Shown: one piece after another, positions 9,299-19,899 of the stretch | Position numbering within the stretch: position 1 is the first letter of the stretch | Layout: every line of letters begins with the position of its first letter | Virus record (IMG/VR): IMGVR_UViG_3300025098_000012 | Coordinates: 1 to 64,000 of that record | Direction: 5' to 3' (one strand) | DNA length: 64,000 bases | Position numbers and translations under genes: made by a program | Notes under the pieces: model-generated | What the model was told of the DNA's origin: nothing | Database searches by the model: none | Seen by the model: the letters and a program-made list of their open reading frames with translations, nothing else

Positions 9299-12200
9299 TA
9301 TCTTCTCTCCTCTTCATAAGTGAAGCTGAGATCGCCCACTTGAAAGTAACTAAAGTTGTTTAATCTAATCTCACCCACCACACCTGTTCCATTGCCACAA
9401 GTGTAGTTCACCTCAATGTCGTAATCCAAAGGTGTTTTACCTAACGGTAATGAGATCAGAAGTTTCCGAGCAGAGTTAGGGATCTCTGTTAGAACTCCGT
9501 TAGTGCTGATGTAGGCTTTCTCCAAACCTACGATGCTTCCTTTCACTCCGATCCAGTTAGAGGCATTTTCTCTTTGTCCTAGCGATAGCGTTTCGATTTC
9601 TGTTCGGTTCAAAAACACCCGAACATTTGATCCACCGCTAGTGGCAGGAACATGGTCTAGTTGCACATCCATGAGCCACACTTTATGACTAGAGCTTGTA
9701 AACTCTGTAATCTCTATCGGCACTGTGGGGTTCACTTCTTCACGAAGGATTTGATCTCCTTCGGTCAATGAAAGCTCTGTCAAAGGAACAGACACATAAG
9801 AAACACCTCGTACAGAGTCAATCGCCCGAATGAAATCGGAGGGGTAAAGATTACCCCCAAGAGTTGTTTCTGTTATGAGGTTGAACAATGAGGCTTTGAT
9901 GATCGAGTCAACACTCGTAGCAGATACCCCTTGTTCTAAGTAGACAAGACCTTTCACATTCACTCGAACAGGGGTCACTTCTTTTACGAGGACATCTGCT
10001 CCCATGTGCTTTTGCTCATCAACCTCTAGCTGTAAGTTAGAGACTACGAGGTTTGTCTGATAAGTAACTGTAATGTTTTCTAGGTACTCATAATCGACAA
10101 ATACCGTCTGACCCGATGTGATTGTGCTTGTTGTAGTCCTCTTAATCGTTGTCAGATCACCATTCACTTCAATCACATAATCTGGTGTCGTAGAGGTGAG
10201 AGGGCTAGAAAAGGTATTGCCATTTGAGTCTTTGGCTACGATGGTTGTGATGTCGATCCCACGATTAGATAGGGTTTCGGTGTAGAGTTCATTGAGGGTC
10301 TGTTGTTCGGCTGTGATTGAGATGATCTTCTCTAATCCGTCATTATCAATGATGATGTAGTCTTGAGCTTTTGATGACTGTCCTTGCACAAGAGGATCTT
10401 CAGTTTTGTAAAAGGTGTAGCTGAGATCAGTACCGTCTGCTTTACGAACAGAAATCACTTGTCTGACAGGTTGTCTATCTAGCACGACTTTATTAGTCAC
10501 ATCGGTTCGATAATCACCTAAGATAATGTCGGTCATACGATATGTGGGTTGAGGTATGGTGTCATCGAGGATAAGGGTTTTACCCTCAGAAATAGTTGCT
10601 CCTGTAAGGTCAAAGAACTGACCATTTGTTTGGTTTTTAAGTCCGAATGTACCTGCTCGATCAATCATTTGAAATAGGGGGTTCTCTGTGGTGGCATCAG
10701 ATGCTTGGAACTTGTACGCACCCTCTGACTGTATCGGGATGAACCTTGAGTCTCTTCTTGATTTGTAAGACGGAGCATATACATCGGTCACTCGGCTCAA
10801 CAGCTCTCCCCTAACCCAAATGTCTACCTTACCTCCTTGATCGTTGTCTCGGAGCATATATGGGTTGTCTGCATCTATAACCTCATAACCTAAGACACCT
10901 GCTGACTCTCTAGCTACTCGTTCATAACCAGCTCTTGTACCTACATCTACAGAAGATATGTAGGTCATTGCTCGTGTCATCAGTTCTTGGTTTGTCTCTC
11001 TTGTAGACCCACCGAATGTAGGTGCATTGTTAATCACACTTAACCCCAATGGAGCACCTGTTGTGATTTGACCCGATGTTACATTCCCACTCAGACCAGC
11101 TGTGTCAGCTTGAATAGGTAAGGTGATTTCATATCTGCGTGTGATAGGGTTGTAAAAGTTAGGTGCTTCAGAAACTGTGATCGTTCCAGCTTGAACAGTC
11201 CGAAATCTGACACCACTACTAGAGATGAGTTGTCCAATAGGTACGATAAGGTCAAATGTAGGCAGACTCCTTGAGAAAAAAGTAGCTTCACCTCTCGCAA
11301 CTTGCCCCGACAGTCTGACGATCCCTAGATTAGATGCTAGGCGATCAAAACAGATGTCGATAAGGTTTTGTACCTGTGTGTCGGTATCTAAGAAGTATGC
11401 CTCTTTTAAGAGCTGTTTGTAGCTAGAGTTTGATACAAAGATGGAATCCCCTAATCCTGTAGGGTCATCTATATCGTTAAGAGACACAAAGTTGGTCGCC
11501 TTGTAACAGAAATCTAAGAGGACTCTAATACGAGAAACCTCAGAGACAACAGGGTCAATGAATAAGTCTCTTATAGCTGACCCTGCTTGAACAGACGCTG
11601 TGGGATCTGTATCATAAATAGCTGAGATCATACTTTCTGTAATCTGTGAGTCAGTCACATTTGGTAAGGTCGTGTTGATGAGTTGTAAGTTGATAGGTGC
11701 TGACCCGACCTCAACACTAAATGCAGACTCCACTGATTGGTTTTCTACAACTTTGACTGCTGTAATGACATAATAAAGAGGTGTGTTTACATTGAGAGAA
11801 GAAAATTCACCAATCTCTATTGTGTTCGCAGAGTTAGGACTAGTTCGATTGTGTCTGAAGGATACCTTTGTCTCCAACTCGATTGAGGAGACACTTGTTG
11901 CGACCCTTAATCGAGCCACGCTCTCAGCGATCTCTTGTGTTCCAACATCGCTCTCTGTCGTGTTCTGTAGGGCTTTTATAGTGAGAACATTCGGATCTTC
12001 TTCGATGGCTTCGATGTCACTTGAGAAATCTACTAAGGGGGTAGCCTTCTCCGACTTGAACCCATAGGTGATCGGGTCGATAGGTATCTTGTTGACCTGT
12101 TGATAACCATTCCCTCCACCACTTACAGTTGAAGCGTACACATTATAAAAGCTAATCTCGGAGTCAGTATGCACCCAACTAAGGACTACATTATTATCAG

Positions 12201-12570
12201 CTCTTTCAGCTTTTATGTTGATGGGAGGTTGGGGTTTAGCTGTGTTTGAGTCTAAGCTAGAGATAACAATCAGTGTTAAAGAGGTCGTATTTGATCCATC
12301 CGTAGCTGAGATAAGGAAGCTGTTAGCTCCTTGATTTAAGTCAATCCCCTCTGAGGTATCGGGGTCTGGAAACACCCATGAACCATTACTAATAACGATG
12401 TCTGCGTCTACACCTACGGATGTAAACTCCTCATCTAAGAATGACACTGTGATTTGGTCATACCCTTCAACAAGACCATGAATGAATACTTCTTCTTTGT
12501 CGGTTGAATAGCTAGTTGATGTTGTGGAGCTGACCCCATCTGGCTTTACGATTTTTAAGCTATAACTCAT
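9298..12570 (-). CDS. Baseplate J-like wedge protein (T4 gp6/P2 gpJ family) with N-terminal Ig/FN3-like domains
   Basis: gpJ-type motifs GSAIRDLFIDP, ADTAGLSGNV, GGSTRETNQELMTRA; FN3-like segment (VVLSWVH...FYNVYAST). Confidence 0.85.
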   Translation of the reverse strand: MSYSLKIVKPDGVSSTTSTSYSTDKEEVFIHGLVEGYDQITVSFLDEEFTSVGVDADIVISNGSWVFPDPDTSEGIDLNQGANSFLISATDGSNTTSLTLIVISSLDSNTAKPQPPINIKAERADNNVVLSWVHTDSEISFYNVYASTVSGGGNGYQQVNKIPIDPITYGFKSEKATPLVDFSSDIEAIEEDPNVLTIKALQNTTESDVGTQEIAESVARLRVATSVSSIELETKVSFRHNRTSPNSANTIEIGEFSSLNVNTPLYYVITAVKVVENQSVESAFSVEVGSAPINLQLINTTLPNVTDSQITESMISAIYDTDPTASVQAGSAIRDLFIDPVVSEVSRIRVLLDFCYKATNFVSLNDIDDPTGLGDSIFVSNSSYKQLLKEAYFLDTDTQVQNLIDICFDRLASNLGIVRLSGQVARGEATFFSRSLPTFDLIVPIGQLISSSGVRFRTVQAGTITVSEAPNFYNPITRRYEITLPIQADTAGLSGNVTSGQITTGAPLGLSVINNAPTFGGSTRETNQELMTRAMTYISSVDVGTRAGYERVARESAGVLGYEVIDADNPYMLRDNDQGGKVDIWVRGELLSRVTDVYAPSYKSRRDSRFIPIQSEGAYKFQASDATTENPLFQMIDRAGTFGLKNQTNGQFFDLTGATISEGKTLILDDTIPQPTYRMTDIILGDYRTDVTNKVVLDRQPVRQVISVRKADGTDLSYTFYKTEDPLVQGQSSKAQDYIIIDNDGLEKIISITAEQQTLNELYTETLSNRGIDITTIVAKDSNGNTFSSPLTSTTPDYVIEVNGDLTTIKRTTTSTITSGQTVFVDYEYLENITVTYQTNLVVSNLQLEVDEQKHMGADVLVKEVTPVRVNVKGLVYLEQGVSATSVDSIIKASLFNLITETTLGGNLYPSDFIRAIDSVRGVSYVSVPLTELSLTEGDQILREEVNPTVPIEITEFTSSSHKVWLMDVQLDHVPATSGGSNVRVFLNRTEIETLSLGQRENASNWIGVKGSIVGLEKAYISTNGVLTEIPNSARKLLISLPLGKTPLDYDIEVNYTCGNGTGVVGEIRLNNFSYFQVGDLSFTYEEERR

Positions 12571-13607
12571 GTCAAACTCCCATCTAATGAAATGCTACCT
12601 GGTACTTCAAAAACTATATTTACGCTTACTTGACGGTTAGCACCACTACGAACTACGACATTACACAATAATGCAGTCGCATTGTCATTGAGTGCTGAAA
12701 CCTCCACAGATTGAACGCTCATTAATCTTTCTTCTTGGCTGAGGTATTGTACCCTCTTGAGGTCTTGTTGCATTTTCTGCAACTTATCTAGTGCTTGTTG
12801 AACGCTCATCCTTAATGCGACACCTACCGAAGCATTGTTCTTTTGACCGATGAGTCGGTTAGCATTTGATCCATACCAAGCGTGATATGGGTTAGATCCG
12901 ATCTCTGTAAGTAGAGTCTTAGCTATATTCTGATATAGAAGGTCTGTATCTTGTACCTTTTTAATGTCTCCATCTGTGCCGAACCTAAAGTCGTTCTCTA
13001 CTCCTGTTCCTCCACATCGCCTACAGTATCGCTTTTCGGTCGTGTAAGAGATTTCTAGTAGCCCCTCTGGTTCTAGTTCACTCTTGAACTGTATGTCGTG
13101 TCCGTTGAGTCGTGAAACCAGCCCCCAAGAAGGTGTGGTCTTTTTGGTCTTAGCGACTTGCTTTTGCCTCTTGAAACCTAGTGCTTTTAAAAGACTTCCT
13201 GTGAGGGTGAACCCAACCCCAAGTTTTTGGTCTGAAAACCTCAACGCTTTTGATGTAGTCTCTTCAACAAGGATAGCTCCGATTTGGTTTTGTATTACGG
13301 AGATGAGTGTCTTTGAGTTGTATATCTTTGGGGGTAAAGTGATTGTGTTGGAGAACCCTTCCGTAGTGGTGATTGTAAGCACATTAGATGTGCTTCTCAC
13401 CCTAAAGGGAGACACATTAGGAGTGGTGATAGTAGCCTCTCGGTTATTGCCTTGAGGTTCAAGGACGACACCATCTCGTTTAATCACTACAAGTCCAGCA
13501 CCATTGATCGGTGATGCTGGCATAATGTAGATACCATTTTGTAGCCCAACCCTCTCATATCGAATATAATGAGGGCAAGAATAAGAAATCTGTAGGTCTT
13601 CGCTCAT
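12567..13607 (-). CDS. Baseplate gp25/gpW-like sheath-initiator protein with N-terminal extension and a CxxC motif
   Basis: C-terminal gp25-like segment (LLTEIGSNPYHAWYGSNANRLIG...LMSVQSVEV...CNVVVRS); CRRCGGTG motif; first gene of the baseplate operon. Confidence 0.8.
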   Translation of the reverse strand: MSEDLQISYSCPHYIRYERVGLQNGIYIMPASPINGAGLVVIKRDGVVLEPQGNNREATITTPNVSPFRVRSTSNVLTITTTEGFSNTITLPPKIYNSKTLISVIQNQIGAILVEETTSKALRFSDQKLGVGFTLTGSLLKALGFKRQKQVAKTKKTTPSWGLVSRLNGHDIQFKSELEPEGLLEISYTTEKRYCRRCGGTGVENDFRFGTDGDIKKVQDTDLLYQNIAKTLLTEIGSNPYHAWYGSNANRLIGQKNNASVGVALRMSVQQALDKLQKMQQDLKRVQYLSQEERLMSVQSVEVSALNDNATALLCNVVVRSGANRQVSVNIVFEVPGSISLDGSLT

Positions 13608-13666
13608 GTTATCACCAGTAGTCTAGTGGTTATTTACTAGACTACCGATGATAAATAAACTAACGA

Positions 13667-15997
13667 TTAGTCTAAATCCATAAATGCTTGGTAAAGCTCT
13701 GTGTCCTCTTTTATTCCCAACGCTTTAAATAGCTCTTTAGCTTGGTTATTGAATGTTCTCCTCTCGTCCCATTTGAGTCGTACCCTAGCATTCAACGCAT
13801 CTTGTACTTCCTTCCCCCATTGAGTTAAAACTTCACCGTTATAAATCTCTTCTTTAACTTCGTTAATCGTAGAGGTAGGGATTGGACCCATTAATGAACG
13901 AACAGTATTATCACAATCGACCTTGCCTAGACCTTTTGGTACTAGAGGACTAGTTGACTCGGTTAAGCCAAGATCAAGGTAAAAACGATAGCGAACAAGT
14001 TCACTAGCAATAGCCCCAAAGAACGCTCTTAACTTGTTACCGCCTTTTGCACCTTTACCGACAATTTTTATTGCTTGGTTTCGATCTTTTTGGTTGGCGA
14101 GTTTTTCAACCCACATTTGACCGTTCATCTTGCTTGCTTTTGGTATAATCGGCTTGACTATTTGGTCAATCTTTCTAGCTAGTTCTTCTCTCTCTTTCTC
14201 ACTCATCATCTTAACGAGATCGTAAAACCCTTTCTCTTTATTAGGGAGTGTTCCAATAGTGTGAGGTATAAAGTAGGTCAGGCTGTCAACTGTCACCTCT
14301 TTTTCAGATCCTGCTACATCGAACTTTAAACTTCCTCCATTCAACAGAATGGCACACTCTACATACCAAGAGAAAGGACCTGTATCACTAAGGAATAACT
14401 TAGAGACATCCATACAGTTATCAGCGAACTTTTTGATCGCCTTAACTTTATCTTCGTCTATGAATGTCTGTGAGTTTAAGATATATCTCAGACCGACAGG
14501 GAGGAGAGGTGCTTGATGTTCTTTGATGGTATTTTGAAGGGCTACCATCGCATCTTTGTTGAAATAACGAATAGCGTAAGCCCATTCATCGTCCTTTAGA
14601 TACAGATTGGAGTCAATCATCCAATGGAATTGATCGTCCGAGAACAGCTTAGATAGCTTCTCTAACTCTACGATCTGTAGGTCGAGTTTGATTTTTTCTT
14701 CGACTACTTCTTGAAGCTCACCCTCACCCAAGTCCATACTATCAACTACAGCCTCAGCTCTTTCTTCGGCTGTTTCCACAATCATGTCAGCGGCTTCTTG
14801 AGCTTCGATAGAAGGCTCTATATTATTTATGACCCAACCACTTTCGATGAGATTTTCTTTCATCTCTTCTTTGAGTTGAAGATCTTCATCAAATTCGCCT
14901 GCTTCAAAACGAGAGAGTAGATCAAGACCATCAGCAGTTGAAAGAGTGAGTTCACCTACTTCGACTAATATGTCTCTATATGCGTCTTTTAAATCCCCAT
15001 CAAAACGACCTTCAGAGAAATCGTCATATAAAGTTTCAAAGTATTCGTGTCCAGACTTGAGGTTTCCATTTTTGACGAGTTGGTTGAGAATGACGAGCTT
15101 CTCATACAGATAATCCTCATCATCAAACTCACCACTAATCAGACGAGCCTTTAGTCTCTCTAACTCTTCGTCAGTCATTTCGTTGAGTTCGTTTTTAGAA
15201 TAGGTCTCAACCTGTTTTCTTGCGAGTCCTGGATTGTCGAAAGTTTCATCCCCTTTGCTTACCTCAAGACCTACAGGTCTGTTAATACCACCTTCATTTT
15301 TAACAACACCGAACTCAATCCTTTGTGTCTGCGTTAAAAACCTCCCCTCATAAGACATGACATTAAAAACACCTTTTTTGATAGCGTCCATCACAGATTC
15401 TGCTACGCTGGATGACCTTTGGGTTTTCTTTTGTATAGACGGGAACACATACGCATCAGATCTCATCGTCCTGCCTTCTTCAACCCGATCAATGACATCA
15501 GTGTTGTGCGACATAGACCATGAGGTTGCGGTGAGCCACAAGTCCTCAAGTGTAGTACCCACATTATAGCGTCTGTTGTTTCCTATGAAATTAGAATAGG
15601 TATCGTCTATTCCTATTTTAAGATTATTTTTAACCTTTTCATATAGGTCATTAACCATCACTGCGTGAGCATTTTTCCTTCTTAAACCTCTCATGACTTT
15701 CGACCCAAATTCAATCGCCTTATCCCCTGGATGTGGTTCGAGTATATCAAGGCTTTGTAAACTTGGTTCTCCTAGCTCTTTGAGCTTAAGCAAAGACGCA
15801 GTAGCCCAATATGCGAAGATATGGAGAAGGCTATTCTCATCTTCCTTGATAAGCCTCAGATCGGCTTGCTTTTTCATGCCAGCCGATCTGATGTAAAGCT
15901 CAAGCTCTCTTACAAGTTCTTGAGCAACTTTAGTCTTGGAGTGCAGATCAGATTTCTTGATCTGATCCAACATCTGTGTCGCTTGTTTTATATTCAT
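13667..15997 (-). CDS. Large acidic protein of unknown function, paralogue A (putative virion/internal protein)
   Basis: 776-aa ORF; first ~50 aa nearly identical to 16059-18449; preceded by the late-type motif. Confidence 0.8.
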   Translation of the reverse strand: MNIKQATQMLDQIKKSDLHSKTKVAQELVRELELYIRSAGMKKQADLRLIKEDENSLLHIFAYWATASLLKLKELGEPSLQSLDILEPHPGDKAIEFGSKVMRGLRRKNAHAVMVNDLYEKVKNNLKIGIDDTYSNFIGNNRRYNVGTTLEDLWLTATSWSMSHNTDVIDRVEEGRTMRSDAYVFPSIQKKTQRSSSVAESVMDAIKKGVFNVMSYEGRFLTQTQRIEFGVVKNEGGINRPVGLEVSKGDETFDNPGLARKQVETYSKNELNEMTDEELERLKARLISGEFDDEDYLYEKLVILNQLVKNGNLKSGHEYFETLYDDFSEGRFDGDLKDAYRDILVEVGELTLSTADGLDLLSRFEAGEFDEDLQLKEEMKENLIESGWVINNIEPSIEAQEAADMIVETAEERAEAVVDSMDLGEGELQEVVEEKIKLDLQIVELEKLSKLFSDDQFHWMIDSNLYLKDDEWAYAIRYFNKDAMVALQNTIKEHQAPLLPVGLRYILNSQTFIDEDKVKAIKKFADNCMDVSKLFLSDTGPFSWYVECAILLNGGSLKFDVAGSEKEVTVDSLTYFIPHTIGTLPNKEKGFYDLVKMMSEKEREELARKIDQIVKPIIPKASKMNGQMWVEKLANQKDRNQAIKIVGKGAKGGNKLRAFFGAIASELVRYRFYLDLGLTESTSPLVPKGLGKVDCDNTVRSLMGPIPTSTINEVKEEIYNGEVLTQWGKEVQDALNARVRLKWDERRTFNNQAKELFKALGIKEDTELYQAFMDLD

Positions 15998-16058
15998 ATA
16001 TATCTCTCTCTCTTTCCGATAGTTTACAAGAGAGATATGAATATAAATAAACTAACGA

Positions 16059-18449
16059 TTAACCTAACTGAACAAATGCCTCATATAGCTCAGTACCTTC
16101 CTCGATGCCGAACTCTTTGAATACCTTTTTAACTAAGGTGTTTAAGTCCGATTTCTTCTTGATCAAGACAGACTCTCTCGCACTTATAGCACTTTGTACT
16201 TCATTAGTCCAGTGCGGTAAAATGAGCTGATCATAACTTTCGCTCTTAACAGCGTTTAGTTCTTTTGTAGGGATGGGTCCGATGAGGTATAGGACACGAC
16301 TATCGCAGTCATTATTACCTAGACCCTTTGGTAAGTTAGTTCCCTCAGTCAGACCAATGTCGAGATAGAAACGATAACGAACAAGCTCACTAGCGATACC
16401 ACTGTAGAAGCCTTTAAGTTTACCACCACTGTTTGTGACGGTTTTATGAGCTTGCCCTGCTTTCGCTGGTATAGTTTTGTACTTTGGATTATTGTATATA
16501 GTAATGATGTTCTCCACAAAGTCAGACATCTTATAATCCAAACCGTTTGGCCTATACGGAGCAATAAGATCTTCAAGGTCTTTCGTAATCTTTGCAACCT
16601 CAGCGTCAGATGCCACAGAAAGTGCTTCAACCAATCCTTTATAAACGGATCTCGTGACTTTGAAGAACCTTAATCCCTCGACTTCAACTTTGAAGGTCTT
16701 TCCACCTGCTTTTAAAGAGACAGACCCACCGTTTAAGACGATTGCTAACTCAAGATACCAACCTAGAGGTCCTTTATTGCCACCGATAATCTTTTCAACG
16801 ACACCTTGATCCATACATTGGTCGGCAAACTCTTTGATCGCTACCACCTTTTTTTTGTCAGCAAAGACAGCAGGGTTAAAGATGTGCTTCAAACCTAGAG
16901 GTAAAAGAGGCTCTTGATGCTCTTCGATTGTGTCTTGGATAGCTCTCAAGGCTTGAGGGTCGGACTCTCTAAGAGCTAAAGCCCACTCTGTGTCATCAAG
17001 ATACAGGTTAGCATCGAGCATCCAATGAAAGCCCTCTTCGGTGAACATCTTTGACAGCTTTTTCATTTGGTCTAACTTTAGGTTGACCTTAGCGAGATCA
17101 GCAATAGCTTCTCCGAGCTTACCATCGGGTAAACTCATACCACTTACAGCGACTTCTGCCATCTCTTCAGCTTGATCTTCGATCATCTGAACAGCTTGAT
17201 CGGCATCAGTAGAGACTTCGATGTTTTCAATCAACCAACCATCATTAATGAGGTCATACTCTGCATCAGTACGATCAAGCTCATCGAGTTCACCCGAATG
17301 ATAGCTTCTGATAAGCTCATCAAGTTCATCGGTGACTGGGTTCCCTGTCAGTTCAAGAAGCTCTCTAGCGAGAGCATTTGACTCGACACTATCATATACA
17401 CCATTAAAGAAATTTGGCTTCAAGGAGTCTGAGATCAGAGCGTCATTCTTATTAATATGGTCAGATAACAAAAGCCCCTGTAGCCCCTTGAGCCACTTTA
17501 GATGTTGGTTATCAAGACTTCCATCAGTTAACTTTCCTTCGATTTCTTCCAAAGTCTCATCAGACAACCCTTGTTGTTCCATGTACTTTTGGCTGTCGGA
17601 CACACCGAGTAAGTTTTCAAGATGTCCCTCAGCAGAGAGTTGATCAAGTCTGCTGTATTCTTCGCCAGAAGATGATTGACCCTCTGTGGACTCTTGTCTT
17701 ATTTTCTTTCCGTCTACGAGAGCTATTCCTAATGCCCTTCTCTCCTCAAGACTTAGGTAGCGTCCTTTAGAAGCCATCGCACTGAATACACCCTTACGAA
17801 TAGCTTTCATAACTCTCTCAGCGATAGAGCTTCCCCCCTCGACCTTTTCCTCGATCCTTTTCCAAGGGGTTATATATGTTTCCCTACTTTCACTAGACTT
17901 AGGTATTCCACTTTTGCCTGTGACAGCCCACATCGTAGATCTCTGCCAAAGATCGTCAAGAATGTCGCTTCTTAGTCGCCTAAATTCTTTGTTATTTTTA
18001 ACAAATTGATTGAAGGTGATGTTGATGCTTTTAGAGAGAGCTGGTTTGATTTGCTCATAGAGACTGTTCAAGAAGTTTGCGTATCTTGCAACGCTTGCTT
18101 GTCGCCTTCTCATTCGACTTCTAAAACCACCTCCACCTCCACCAAGTTGGTTGAGGATCTTTGTCCCATACTCTGTGGGGGTATCAGAACCAACAGGAGG
18201 GATAGTCATCCCTTGTAACTCTGGTTCACCTGTCATCTGAGAAAGAGCGGCACTCGCCCAATAGAAGAAGATCTTCTTAAGATCTCCATCACTTTGAAGG
18301 TACAGCCTCAGATCAGCTTGCTTTTTCATTCCAGCCGATTTGATATACAGTTCAAGCTCTCTTACAAGCTCTTGAGCAACTTTAGTCTTGTTGTGGAGGT
18401 TAGATTTCTTGATCTGATTTAACATCTGATTTGCTTGTTTTATATTCAT
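16059..18449 (-). CDS. Large acidic protein of unknown function, paralogue B
   Basis: 796-aa ORF colinear with paralogue A (shared ELVRYRFYLD(L/I)GLTE, FHWM.D.NLYL, EHQ.PLLP.GL). Confidence 0.8.
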   Translation of the reverse strand: MNIKQANQMLNQIKKSNLHNKTKVAQELVRELELYIKSAGMKKQADLRLYLQSDGDLKKIFFYWASAALSQMTGEPELQGMTIPPVGSDTPTEYGTKILNQLGGGGGGFRSRMRRRQASVARYANFLNSLYEQIKPALSKSINITFNQFVKNNKEFRRLRSDILDDLWQRSTMWAVTGKSGIPKSSESRETYITPWKRIEEKVEGGSSIAERVMKAIRKGVFSAMASKGRYLSLEERRALGIALVDGKKIRQESTEGQSSSGEEYSRLDQLSAEGHLENLLGVSDSQKYMEQQGLSDETLEEIEGKLTDGSLDNQHLKWLKGLQGLLLSDHINKNDALISDSLKPNFFNGVYDSVESNALARELLELTGNPVTDELDELIRSYHSGELDELDRTDAEYDLINDGWLIENIEVSTDADQAVQMIEDQAEEMAEVAVSGMSLPDGKLGEAIADLAKVNLKLDQMKKLSKMFTEEGFHWMLDANLYLDDTEWALALRESDPQALRAIQDTIEEHQEPLLPLGLKHIFNPAVFADKKKVVAIKEFADQCMDQGVVEKIIGGNKGPLGWYLELAIVLNGGSVSLKAGGKTFKVEVEGLRFFKVTRSVYKGLVEALSVASDAEVAKITKDLEDLIAPYRPNGLDYKMSDFVENIITIYNNPKYKTIPAKAGQAHKTVTNSGGKLKGFYSGIASELVRYRFYLDIGLTEGTNLPKGLGNNDCDSRVLYLIGPIPTKELNAVKSESYDQLILPHWTNEVQSAISARESVLIKKKSDLNTLVKKVFKEFGIEEGTELYEAFVQLG

Positions 18450-18626
18450 ATCTATCTCGCTTTCTGATGGGAATGAAGTTTACAGAAGATACCGACTATA
18501 AACGAACTATAAATATCTGAAAGAGGATAAAAGTCTTGTCCTGTCGGGTTGTGTGTGATAAGGTAGGGGCTGACTTGGATAGATGTCCAATAAGTCAACC
18601 TTTAACCCGATAACTCGGAGACACAA

Positions 18627-19499
18627 ATGAATAGAATAACTAAGGGTTTACAGTACCCTATTAGGAGTGGTGCGAGTACCCACTTCGACATGATGTTTGG
18701 AGTGTCAGCAGACGACCACTTCGACTTGATCTTCTCATATTTACAACCCAAAAAGGCAAAGCCTGTTGAGGTAGTGCGTAATGAGACTGAAAATTGGCTC
18801 TATGACGCACGATGTGAGAACTATGAGCGTGTGCTTGAGATGGTTCAGAGAAGAACCCCTTACAACAAGCGTTTCACGCTACCAGAGGATCAGATCGTAA
18901 GCTACTTCCATAGCTTCCTTACCGAACACTTCATCGAGAAAAATCAGCTCAAAAAAGAGCTTGATAAAGGCAAGACGGTGAAGCCATCGGTGGTCTATGA
19001 GTGGTTCTTGCAGTATGTGGTGCGTGAAAAGTACCAAGAAGGTCAAGATGCTCTCCAACGGACTCGTGGTGCGAGGACTCAATCAGAGGTGAATAAAATC
19101 AAGGCTTACGAGACAAAGCAGACTACGACCCCTTATGCTCCTGTCCATCATATCCAAAACCTTGAGTCAGAAGGTTGGCAGGTTGCTCAAGTGGTTTCCA
19201 AGACCGACTCTGAAACAGGTGTGCAAGTGGGAGAACCCGACTACTATGTAGATGGTGATACTCACAGTAGCGTTGAGGAGCGTTCGGAAAATGCGTACAT
19301 GAAAGAGCTGTTGCTTGATCGCTTTGGTAAAGACAAACTGAATATGTACTACTCGCTGTGGCTTGAGCTTCGCTATGATGAATACGAGAGCAAGAGGATG
19401 TGGGCTTCGGCTCGTAAGGTGTCATATAAAGTCTTGAATGCTCAAATCACTCAAGTCCGAGAGGTCTTTAAGGATAACCTAGAAGCCTTCGGTCATTGA
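18627..19499 (+). CDS. Possible divergent sigma-factor-like/HTH transcription protein
   Basis: Helical region-2-like segment (EDQIVSYFHSFLTEHF...VVYEWFLQYVVREKY) and C-terminal HTH-like segment (KRMWASARKVSYKVLNAQITQVREVF); SD GGAG. The ORF looks real; function is weakly supported. Confidence 0.35.
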   Translation: MNRITKGLQYPIRSGASTHFDMMFGVSADDHFDLIFSYLQPKKAKPVEVVRNETENWLYDARCENYERVLEMVQRRTPYNKRFTLPEDQIVSYFHSFLTEHFIEKNQLKKELDKGKTVKPSVVYEWFLQYVVREKYQEGQDALQRTRGARTQSEVNKIKAYETKQTTTPYAPVHHIQNLESEGWQVAQVVSKTDSETGVQVGEPDYYVDGDTHSSVEERSENAYMKELLLDRFGKDKLNMYYSLWLELRYDEYESKRMWASARKVSYKVLNAQITQVREVFKDNLEAFGH

Positions 19500-19518
19500 C
19501 GCTCTGAGAGCGTATAGG

Positions 19519-19890
19519 CTATCGCTTACCACCATCGTAAGCGACAGCATGACCCATACGGATCATCTCATCATTAAGAGACTCACCTAGCTCATTCATG
19601 TCCTCTTCATAAGCCCATAGGACACCGAGCCATCGACCAAACTTACCTTTTTTAACGGTATGAACGACAACCGTTTTACCCTCGATGCGAGATTTAAGGT
19701 ACTCTTTGGCTTCATATCCTCTAGCCTTTTCATCTAGGTCTTTGGTTCTGATCTCTGGTGTGTTGATCCCCACCATACGAACCTTGACTCTCGCAAAGTG
19801 TTTCATGCCTTGATCTATCATGAGGGTGACGGTATCTCCGTCATATACTGATAAAACTTCTGCTTTGTAGTGATATAAATTAAGCGACAT
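19519..19890 (-). CDS. Thermonuclease (staphylococcal nuclease family)
   Basis: VLSVYDGDTV, VRMVGINTPE, GKFGRWLG, LNDEMIRMGHAVAY. Confidence 0.92.
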   Translation of the reverse strand: MSLNLYHYKAEVLSVYDGDTVTLMIDQGMKHFARVKVRMVGINTPEIRTKDLDEKARGYEAKEYLKSRIEGKTVVVHTVKKGKFGRWLGVLWAYEEDMNELGESLNDEMIRMGHAVAYDGGKR

Positions 19891-19899
19891 ATATTCCTC

